Positions 44,001-51,225 of a stretch of 64,000 nucleotides of DNA are shown here, in pieces. This DNA comes from Phoronis australis. Taxonomy: Eukaryota > Animalia > Phoronida. The notes under the pieces were generated by a model. It was given only the letters and a program-made list of their open reading frames with translations, ran no database searches and was not told the origin of the DNA. Numbering within the stretch: position 1 is the stretch's first letter; every line of letters begins with the position of its first letter. Where the stretch lies: the NCBI GenBank assembly GCA_002633005.1, contig NMRA01000049.1:62001-126000 (forward strand). Reading direction: 5' to 3'. The position numbers and the translations under genes were made by a program.

Positions 44001-46587
44001 ACAGTAGTCGAAATCGTCGGAAAATCATCGTCAACCATCCTCTACATAGTAAGCATATACATGCCAATTTTCACAATCATCCTTTGAGCGGTTTGGTTGA
44101 TAGAGGGGTGGACGCACAAAAACAGACTCGAAAACACTAAAAATGGCCACTAGGTGGCGCAAACTATGTCGAATCCATCTGAAAACGGGAGGATAGCGTC
44201 ATCTCACTAATAGGTGCCTACATACCAAATTTCATGAAAATCCAATAAGGACTTGTGAAGATACAAAGGTAAGCGTAAAAAAATTAAAATTGCCACTAGG
44301 GGGCACACCGGTAGTCGGATCCGTCCAAAAGTCGTCATCTTCCGTTGTTAACATCATATAAATATACTTACACAATTTCGTAAAGATCCTGCGAACGGTT
44401 TAGGAGATACAGCCATAGGCGCAAAAAAAAAAAAACTGCCACTAGGAGGCGCCACAGTAGTCGAAATCGTCGGAAAATCATCGTCAACCGTCCTCTACAT
44501 AGTAAGCACATACATGCCAATTTTCACAATCATCCTTTGAGCGGTTTGGTTGATAGAGGGGTGGAAGCACAAAAACAGACTCGAAAACAGTAAAAATGGC
44601 CACTAGGTGGCGCAAACTATGTCGAATCCATCCGAAAACGGCAGGATAGCGTCATCTCACTACTAGGTGCCTACATACCAAATTTCATGAAAATCCGTTC
44701 AGGACTTTTGAAGATACAAAGGTAAGCGTAAAAAACTAAAATTGCCACTAGGGGGCACACTGGTAGTCGGATCCGTCCGAAAGTTCGCACATGCCGTCCC
44801 ATTCATGAATGGAACATATGTGCCAAATTTCATGAACGTATGTCAAAGGGTTTTGGAGATAGAGCAGCGGACGCCAGACGCCAGACGCCGGACGGACGCC
44901 GCCCGGACGGACGGACGGACAGACGGACGGACGGACAGAGATGACGGCATAATGCGTCCACATATAAATATGTGGGCGTATAAAAAGCTGAGTCACACCA
45001 CACAAGGCCAGAAGACAATCCAAAATGAACAGTATTGGCAAGTGTCAGATAAATACATGTAGAGAAAACAAGGAAACAGTGTAAGGAGGCAGTGTGGCTT
45101 AGCAGGACAAGTGTCTATTTCCTGTACTGAAGGACGTGGGTTCGAGACCCACTGGGATATACTGCTTGACCCTTAAGTCAGGTCTCTGGCTCCTCAGTTC
45201 TTTTTCCTAAAAATTATTACAGTACAAAAAATGGTTCCAGGTGATCAGTACAAATGAGTGGCCTGCGCATGTCAGGTACAAAGTGTACCATATTGCCTGC
45301 AATTATCATTCACATTCACAATGAACACAAATTTCCTTAAAGAATCATTATTTTTGTTGAGAAATTTGACTACACAAAATTTCGCTTGCCATGTGTGCTA
45401 AATAAGTGAAGAATTACCTCCTTCTTTTGAAAGCAAGTCAGGCAATTTAAGCTCTAGTCGAACACTTTTAACCCTCACACACTGAGGCAAGTGCTACATA
45501 GAACTCCTAAAACTTTTATGGCCATGGGAACACCTTATACAGATCGATCCATTTCATATTTCCCATTCACAAACTTAACCAATGGACTAGCTATGGGCCA
45601 GTTTATGTTTTCAAATTAAAGGCCTCCAGGCGAGATCAGATAACATTTAGCAACTCTGTGATAATGAAAACACTATGGCTCTGCGCAGTGGTGGATCTAT
45701 GATATCACCAACAGGGTCTGTCCTTCTGTGGGCATGAGCAAAAAAATAAAGCCAATGGAATGATGGCCTCTTTACTGTGTTACTGTGGCATTACAACAGT
45801 CTAAACCTTTCAAGATATCGTCAGAGAAGAGCACTTTCGCCACAGCAGACCTACATGATACAGGCGCGTTTCATCCCCAGACCCCCACAGTGTGCCAACA
45901 TAGACTATAATACATGGACCGTCACCTCCGTATATTTTCTGTGGACGAAATGAGTGATCTTACGCGTAAGCCATGACGTCACTATTCAGTGGCGACACCT
46001 GGCAGACATAGCATGTTTTACTTCGGGCTAGTTCGTTGTCTGCTAATTATGGTCGGCTGTTGTGTGGTCGGGTGCTCGGCCGCACAGGCAAAATGTAACT
46101 ATTGAAAGACATTTCAATGCCAAAAATTTTTTTTCGTTGCAAAAGACAGCAACATAGATGCAAGAATTTCCCGTCGCAATACATTAATCGGAAGCTGAGT
46201 TTTCTATGTTTAGAGGACAGCGCCTCCTCTAAGATATTAGGCAAGAAAATGCCAGAGTTGCAAATCTGCAGTCTATAATTTATGCTGCCACTGCTAAATG
46301 GTCTTACTTTAGCTTAGCCAGGGCTTTATTCATAGCTCAGTGCACCCAATGGGTATAAAGCTATGGTTGTGCCATCTGATGCCAATCAACTTACCCCCTT
46401 CTTCTAATAGCAGTTTTAGGCAGTTGAGGCTCTTGTTAGACACAGCGGTGTAAACAGCCGTTCTGCCACAGGCATCTTGCATGTCCAAATACTGTTTCTC
46501 TTTACTGCACAGCAAGCAACTCATCAGCTCAGCGTTATCATAGATGGCTGCCTGGATAAGCATTTTACCACGCTCCTCTGCTTCCAT
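4943..46587 (-). CDS. LRRK1: Multi-exon Roco/LRRK-family gene (ANK-LRR-Roc; COR/kinase expected beyond position 1), LRRK1/LRK-1-like, 3' incomplete
   Basis: Manually spliced exons (listed below) give ankyrin repeats, LRRs (LDLSNN, LDVSNNKLSELP), then Roc motifs RMKLMFVGVQDIGKT, STVGVDI, WDFGGQ, EYYATHQYFLSKR. GT-AG boundaries and phases agree except across the n at 14515. The symbol is by domain architecture; orthology is untested. Confidence 0.9.
5340..5790 (+). repeat. Degenerate C/A-rich tandem repeat including a ~93-bp duplication
   Basis: Recurrent ACCCAyCTGAC motifs; ACCTGACACCCA.TGATG.CC.ACTCCAAAGGA.CCT.CAGG near 5618 and 5711. Confidence 0.6.
5862..6002 (-). CDS. LRRK1: Roc switch I/II exon (TFGK...PLSTVGVDI...FSTWDFGGQ)
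   Basis: STVGVDI and WDFGGQ motifs; GTAAGT donor; acceptor at 6002 (alternative in-frame at 6038). Confidence 0.9.
6373..6475 (-). CDS. LRRK1: Roc GTPase P-loop exon (RDKEFHRMKLMFVGVQDIGKTTLL...ESQ)
   Basis: GxxxxGKT after RMKLMFVG; cgtttcag acceptor, phase 2 (an in-frame upstream acceptor near 6499 also exists); GTACAC donor. Confidence 0.88.
7596..7894. mobile_element. Foldback/MITE-like imperfect palindrome (~300 bp)
   Basis: TGAGATGAAATTTGAATCTAATA...TATTAGATTCAAATTTCATCTCA; inner arms GGCTAATAGGTGGC / GCCACCTATTAGCC. Confidence 0.8.
8558..8703 (-). CDS. LRRK1: LRRK-like last LRR exon (LPPQMGRLKKLWTLNV...FLKSILK)
   Basis: ttatttag acceptor, GTACTT donor, phase 0 to 2; typical LRR-Roc junction. 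Confidence 0.88.
9069..10538 (-). mobile_element. HINE/DINE-1-like family A copy, interrupted at ~9295-9850
   Basis: Family ends AGCAACGCGGAGCATTGAAATGCGCCC and GACGG..ATGTGGACGCATAAA; internal GCCACTAG units. Confidence 0.7.
11301..11546. mobile_element. Small TIR element (GGG.CTGTTT.A..AAA family); related fragments near 8800 and 22729-22768
   Basis: GGGTCTGTTTTACAAAAT...ACTTTCACGAAACCGATCCC; TTCTGTCTT..AAG block shared with the other copies. Confidence 0.45.
11739..11897 (-). CDS. LRRK1: LRRK-like LRR exon (SMQDQ...YPLLSHLDVSNNKLSELPPLLGELSNL...RITT)
   Basis: cacttctag acceptor, GTAAGT donor, 53 codons, phase 0 to 0; missed by the ORF track. Confidence 0.88.
12535..12900. repeat. Dispersed repeat; inverted copy at ~56755-57142
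   Basis: CTCTCTTATTGTCTGCTTTCATCTGAT and ACACAAAAGGC..GCTTGACAAGTTTA are reverse complements of 57075-57101 and 56792-56820. Confidence 0.8.
14516..14613 (-). CDS. LRRK1: LRRK-like LRR exon truncated by an assembly join (RTLPHC...LKTLDLSNN)
   Basis: ttcatgcag acceptor, phase 2; the LRR runs into the n at 14515 with no donor. Confidence 0.8.
15964..16125 (+). repeat. 16-bp GC-rich minisatellite (CCCCAGGCTCTGGCTG), about 8 copies plus a decayed tail
   Basis: Directly visible tandem units. Confidence 0.9.
16875..17788 (-). CDS. LRRK1: LRRK-like large LRR exon
   Basis: Multiple LxxLxLxxNxL repeats; aatgtag acceptor, GTCAGT donor, phase 0 to 2 (914 nt). Confidence 0.92.
19425..19705 (-). mobile_element. 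HINE-like family A partial copy
   Basis: GACAGAGATGACGG..hairpin..ACATAAAAA terminus plus the adjacent internal unit. Confidence 0.7.
20466..22101 (-). mobile_element. HINE-like family A full-length copy with internal ~150-bp tandem array
   Basis: Both termini present (AACAAGAGCAACG..GCGTTGAAATGCGCCC; GCGTCCACACATAAATATGTGGGCGCATAAAA). Confidence 0.85.
22923..23446 (-). CDS. LRRK1: LRRK-like ankyrin exon (VSQDSP...GTTPLIAAAR...VNWYKLNLAT)
   Basis: Ankyrin repeats in ORF 22851-23594; GTATGG donor, phase 0; acceptor (AAG) chosen for phase and less certain. Confidence 0.85.
24206..24527 (-). CDS. LRRK1: LRRK-like ankyrin exon (TCPKLV...LPIHGACC...QTPLYYAC...EDD)
   Basis: ttttatag acceptor, GTGAGT donor, phase 0 to 1; overlaps ORF 24183-24500. 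Confidence 0.9.
25868..26000 (-). CDS. LRRK1: LRRK-like ankyrin exon (ACRHSLHQVASLLLQAGIDP..KSPLYVAC..ARELLM)
   Basis: gttacag acceptor, GTGAGT donor, phase 2 to 0; ankyrin pattern. Confidence 0.85.
28035..28164 (-). CDS. LRRK1: LRRK-like exon (DLFELCSSDVDDIEHAKKLF...NDETVLYR)
   Basis: ttatttacag acceptor, GTAACA donor, phase 1 to 2; ends in ankyrin start ETVLY. Confidence 0.8.
28967..29002 (-). CDS. LRRK1: LRRK-like 36-nt exon (AKRDHDLQKVAH)
   Basis: tctttttcag acceptor, GTAAGT donor, phase 1 to 1, open frame. Confidence 0.7.
29289..29601. mobile_element. Non-autonomous TIR element with a tRNA-like internal segment
   Basis: AGTCTGGTGTGCATGCCAC.TGTTGGCCACATCA at 29289 (repeated at 29518), inverted at 29568-29600; minus-strand GGGTTCAAGTCCC B-box-like motif at ~29365-29379. 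Confidence 0.7.
30982..31147 (-). CDS. LRRK1: LRRK-like ankyrin exon (TPLCAAAVEGKVDCLMMLLEFGADPD...FYEAK)
   Basis: Canonical ankyrin repeat; ggcag acceptor, GTGAGT donor, phase 0 to 1. Confidence 0.9.
31558..31780. mobile_element. Foldback/MITE-like palindrome (~220 bp)
   Basis: AAAATGACATAGG.AAGAAATTGAATTTC.GGCCTCAAAAGTGAG mirrored by CTCACTTTTGAGGCC.GAAATTCAATTTCTT.CCTATGTCATTTT. Confidence 0.85.
32561..32601 (-). CDS. LRRK1: LRRK-like 41-nt exon (ANPDIPANTKFDCM)
   Basis: catttacag acceptor, GTAAGT donor, phase 1 to 0; completes the ankyrin linker between EEG and TPL. Confidence 0.85.
33395..34728 (-). mobile_element. HINE-like family A full-length copy
   Basis: Both termini plus internal GCCACTAG array. 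Confidence 0.85.
38482..41035 (+). repeat. Segment duplicated at 41037-47530 across a single n (probable haplotype duplication)
   Basis: 38482-39075 matches 41037-41616; ~39074-39125 matches ~42254-42305; ~39131-41035 matches ~45641-47530. Confidence 0.85.
39899..40091 (-). CDS. LRRK1: LRRK-like first coding exon, copy A (near-identical duplicate)
   Basis: Same translation and same donor as 46395-46587, offset 6496 bp. Confidence 0.75.
42984..44986 (-). mobile_element. HINE-like family A copy, least diverged, with (GACG/GGAC)n microsatellite and 3 higher-order repeats
   Basis: Minus strand reads TTTTTATACGCCCACATAT-hairpin-(GTCC)n ... GGGCGCATTTCAACGCTCCGCGTTGCTCTTGT, the DINE-1/HINE layout. 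Confidence 0.9.
45087..45157 (+). mobile_element. tRNA-derived SINE-like head (not an intact tRNA)
   Basis: A-box-like GTGGCTTAGCAGG and B-box GGTTCGAGACCC; no clean acceptor or anticodon stems. Confidence 0.55.
46395..46587 (-). CDS. LRRK1: LRRK-like first coding exon, copy B (MEAEERGKMLIQAAIYDNAEL...LLLEEG; ankyrin)
   Basis: Ankyrin-like GRTAVYTAVSNKSLNCLKLLLEEG; donor G|GTAAGT, phase 1; upstream acceptor tttcag suggests the exon starts at 46689; alternative in-frame ATG at 46626. Confidence 0.8.
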
Positions 46588-46754
46588 CTTGATTAACGTG
46601 TCACAATCTTTAAAGAACACAACCATTAAGTTACAACATCATCCATTAGCATTTTGCTCACCATTGAAGAAACATTGCCGGTTTTTCAACTGAAACACAC
46701 ATTTTTCGGAATTATTATTACAAGACGTAATTTATACACACTTTTTAAGAGACA

Positions 46755-47652
46755 ATAAGTGAAGCACCCCGAAGATCAACACTTGATGAAAGAATTTAAA
46801 AATTTAAAGGTGAGATCAATAATGAAACCAAGAACATAAACAATCATGAACCCTATGCTTATTACACGTCCAATATATTAGATAGCCCATAAGGAGATCT
46901 ATTTATGAACCAAATTTGAAAAGGTTAATAGGTTCACAGAGTTAGAGAAACGCAAACATAATTCGAAAAATGGCCGTCACAACGCCCCAGAACAACAGTT
47001 CTCAGGCTATTGACTAGTAAAACACTGGGTGTAAATTTCAAGTCGAGCAGACGAAAACTGTGATCTCTAGCACAAATACGATAGGCTAACAAATCGAAGA
47101 AGCTCCTGTAATAATCTAGTCAACAAAAGAGCAGATATCTGAGCAGTAAACCTTGAATATCTCGAGAACAGTAAGTCATTACAAGTAACTTACACAAACT
47201 GATAGCCCTTAAAAACACCTATCCGCATACCAAATTTCAGACAGATCTGTCAAGGGACGTCGAAGATACAGCACAAAAACTTGGTTATATCAGGAGACCA
47301 GTCAGTCCTCGGAAAATATCAAATTACTTGAGAATAGTAAGAACTAGCGAAAAATAAATTGACAGCCATTGGAATGATCTATCCACAGAAACAAAAATCA
47401 GAAAAATGCGACCAAAAACAGCAGAGCTATTGGCTCTGCAAACGAAAAAAGGAAAAAATGGCTGCCACAGCACCATCTTGTATCAGATTTTAACAAAAAC
47501 GATAAGCTTTGAGCCAATCACGAGACATATGTTGTGTGCACATTTCACGTTGATCCGATAAGAATTGTGATCTGTAGCATGCGAACAAGAAACAAAGACA
47601 AACAAATTTTATGACAAAGCAACATGCTTGGAGAAATTTCACCAAATAATAT
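46755..47652 (-). mobile_element. Second HINE-like family B element (partial duplicate at ~40260-41035)
   Basis: Repeated end block CAACA(TG)CTTG..GAAA..TTT, ACAA-rich microsatellite near one end, degenerate internal units (CTAT....A.CAAATTT; AAAAATGGC.G.CAC). Confidence 0.5.
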
Positions 47653-48927
47653 AAAAGCAACGCAGAGCGTTGAAATGCACCCACGAATGCACCGCAAACG
47701 GTGTGCTTTAAGGGGTTTTTATTTGTGCCATAAAAATGTCCACCAGATGGTGCAAAATATTTAAAATACATCCAAAAACCGGAAAATGTCACTGTATTTT
47801 AACACATTTCATGAAAATCTATACAGGAACATTAGAGAAACAGAGGTAAACGGAAAAAAAATCAAATTGCCACTAGGGGGCACAGCATTCGTCAGATCCG
47901 CCTGAAAGTTGTCGTCTTCCGTTGTCAACTTCACATAAATACACTTTCTAAATTTAATAAAGATCCTGAAGAGGGCTTAGGAGATACAGCTATGGGCGCA
48001 AAACAAACAAAAGTGCCAATAGGAGGTGCCACAGTAATCAAAGTCGTTGGAAAATCATCGTCAACCTCCCTCTTCACACTAAGAACATATAAGCCAATTT
48101 TCATGATCATCCTAAGAGTGGTTTGGTTGACAGAGAGCGGATGCCAAAAACAGACTAGAAAACAGTAAAAATGGCCATTGGATGACGCAATATGTGTCGA
48201 ATCTGTCCAAAAACGGGAAAATGTCGTTTCTTTAACAGAAACCTACTTACTAAATTTCCTGAAAATTCGTCAACTGGAACTTCCGAGAGAAAGAGGAAAA
48301 TGGTAAAAATGAAATTGCCACTAGGGGGCACAGTGTTTGTCGGATCCATCTGAAAGTCATCGTCTTCCTTTGTCAACGTCATATAAATACATGTGCTAAA
48401 TTTAATAAAGATCCTACAGAGGGCTTAGGGCTATGAGTGCAAAAACTGTCACTAGGAGGCACCACATTAATCGAAGTCGTTGGAAAATCATCGTCAACCA
48501 TTCTCTCCATAGTAGGAACATACATGGCAAGTTTCACAATCATCCTTAGAATGGTTTGGTTGATAGAGGGGCGGATGCCAAAAAACAGACTTGAAAATAG
48601 TAAAAATGGCCACTTTTAATATGGTGCAAAATGCCTTGAATCCATCCAAAAACAGGAGGGTAGCGTCATCTCAAAAATAGATGCTTGTGTGCCAAATTTC
48701 ATGAAAATCGGTTGAGGACCTTTAAGAGAGGCAAACGTAAAAAACAAAATTGCCACAAGGGGGCATAGCGGTATTCGGGTCGGTCCGAAACTCGTAGCCC
48801 TCTGTCCTCAACACCATAGGAACACACCTGTCAAATTTCAATAAGATCCAAGGGGTTTAGGACGCCAGACGCCCAGACAGAGATGATGGCAATAGCACCC
48901 ACGTATGAATATGTGGGCACATAAAAA
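47653..48927 (-). mobile_element. HINE-like family A copy; part is duplicated at 49358-50199 across the n at 49354
   Basis: AGCAACGCAGAGCGTTGAAATGCACCC start; GCACCCACGTATGAATATGTGGGCACATAAAAA end. Confidence 0.85.
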
Positions 48928-49078
48928 TTCTCACAACAAGGCCCAGCGCTAGTCAGATTGGTCCAAAAGTTGCCGTTGTCATTTGTTGTCAAATTCATGT
49001 AAGTCTAGAACAAAAAAATTTGCATTAGGGGATGCCACAGTAATCAGACCCATCCAACAATCAACGTCAAATGTCAAT

Positions 49079-49353
49079 TACCGTAATCGTTCGGGTTAAC
49101 GCCCATGCTCAGTTAACCGCCCATCCCCGACTTTAAGTGGATTTCCGATTTAACCGCCCACTGCTCAGTTAAGCGCCCCCCTGCGATTTTTGAAGATTTC
49201 CAGTTAAGCGCCCACCTCTCGGTTAAGCACCCATCCCGACTTTTAAAGAATGAAGATTTAGCGCCTATTGCTAAGGAAACGCGCGATTCCCTGACTTTTA
49301 GAAAAAGATCGATGATCACAATGAGTGCAACGACGCCGGAACTCCGAGACGGT
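49079..49353 (+). mobile_element. End of a DNA transposon/MITE (TACCGTAA.. with TTAAnCGCCC subterminal repeats), cut by n
   Basis: Several TTAA(C/G)CGCCC motifs; a decayed inverted relative lies at ~59835-59950. Confidence 0.6.
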
Positions 49354-50820
49354 NACAAAGAACATATAAGCCAATTTTCATAATCATCCTAAGAGTGGTT
49401 TGGTTGACAGAGGGCGGATGCCAAAAACAAACTAGAAAATAGTAAAAATGGCCATTGGATGGAGCAATATGTGTCGAATCTGTCCAAAAACGGGAAAATG
49501 TCGTTTCTTTAACAGAAAGCTACTTACTAAATTTCCTGAAATTTCGTCAACTGGAACTTCAGAGAGACAGAGGAAAATGGTAAAAATGAAATTGCCACTA
49601 GGGGGCACAGTGTTCGTCGGATCCGTCTGAAAGTCATCGTCTTCCTTTGTCAACGTCATATAAATACACGTGCTAAATTTAATAAAGATCCTACAGAGGG
49701 CTTAGGGCTATGAGTGCAAAAACTGTCACTAGGAGGCACCACATTAATCGAAGTCGTTGGAAAATCATTGTCAACCATCCTCTCCATAGTAGGAACATAC
49801 ATGGCAAGTTTCACAATCATCCTTAGAATGGTTTGGTTGATAGAGGGGCGGACGCCAAAAAACAGACTTGAAAATAGTAAAAATGGCCACTATATGGTGC
49901 AAAATGCCTTGAATCTATCCGAAAACAGGAGGGTAGCGTCATCTCAAAAATAGATGCTTGTATGCCAAATTTCATGAAAATCGGTTGAGGACCTTTAAGA
50001 GAGGCAAACGTAAAAACAAAATTGCCACAAGTAGGCATAGCGGTATTCGGGTCGGTCCGAAACTTGTAGCCCTCTGTCCTCAACACCATAGAAACACACC
50101 TGTCAAATTTCAATAAGATCCAAGGGGTTTAGGATGCCAGACGCCCAGACAGAGATGATGGCAATAGCACCCACGTATGAATATGTGGGCACATAAAAAT
50201 TCTCACAACAAGGCCCAGTGCTAGTCAGATTGGTCCAAAAGTTGCCGTTGCCATTTGTTGTCAAATTCATGTAAGTCTAGAACAAAAAAAATTGCATTAG
50301 GGGATGCCACAGTAATCAGACCCATCCAAAAATCAACGTCAAATGTCATGTGTCAAAGTTCACAATGATCCTTCGAGTGGCTTGGGGAAGAAAGAGGAAG
50401 ACATCAAAAACATAGTCATAAAAATGGCCACACATTTAAGTATGGTGTTGGGTAATTTGTCTATAAATTCCGCAAAGGTGTATCTAATGTCAACAAAAAA
50501 ACATAAGTGGGAGAGTTAAGGCTTCTTATTTACAGTCCAAGGTTTACATCATTCAATGGCTATCAGGAGCCTCAACACATAACTGAGCAGGTTACAGTAA
50601 CTATCAGTCATTTAACAGTGACAAATATCATTTAGATAGCAGAGACAAACCTTTTCGTTCTTATTCAGACCGTGACAAATACCATAACAGACTGAAATAG
50701 CTGGGCTTTTCACTTGACCTTGAAACATGCTGTCAAGTTCAAGGTTAGTGAAAGTGAAAGTGAAAGCCAAGTAGAAATTGTAAGCGTTTCATACCAATAA
50801 ATCATAGAATTCCCCCCCCC

Positions 50821-51225
50821 NNNNNNNNNNNNNNNNNNNNNNNNNNNNNNNNNNNNNNNNNNNNNNNNNNNNNNNNNNNNNNNNNNNNNNNNNNNNNNNN
50901 NNNNNNNNNNNNNNNNNNNNNNNNNNNNNNNNNNNNNNNNNNNNNNNNNNNNNNNNNNNNNNNNNNNNNNNNNNNNNNNNNNNNNNNNNNNNNNNNNNNN
51001 NNNNNNNNNNNNNNNNNNNNNNNNNNNNNNNNNNNNNNNNNNNNNNNNNNNNNNNNNNNNNNNNNNNNNNNNNNNNNNNNNNNNNNNNNNNNNNNNNNNN
51101 NNNNNNNNNNNNNNNNNNNNNNNNNNNNNNNNNNNNNNNNNNNNNNNNNNNNNNNNNNNNNNNNNNNNNNNNNNNNNNNNNNNNNNNNNNNNNNNNNNNN
51201 NNNNNNNNNNNNNNNNNNNNNNNNN
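50821..51225. other. Assembly gap (N run)
   Basis: Run of n. Confidence 0.99.

Noticed and set aside
45087-45157. Possible tRNA gene (likewise 58016-58079)
   Set aside because: A and B boxes are present but cloverleaf stems do not pair; treated as SINE-like remnants
43345-50113. Many similar 60-100 aa ORFs (e.g. MTLTKEDDDF.., MQKLSLGGTT..) resembling a small gene family
   Set aside because: They are translations of the non-coding tandem repeat and its duplicates; frames are not conserved among copies
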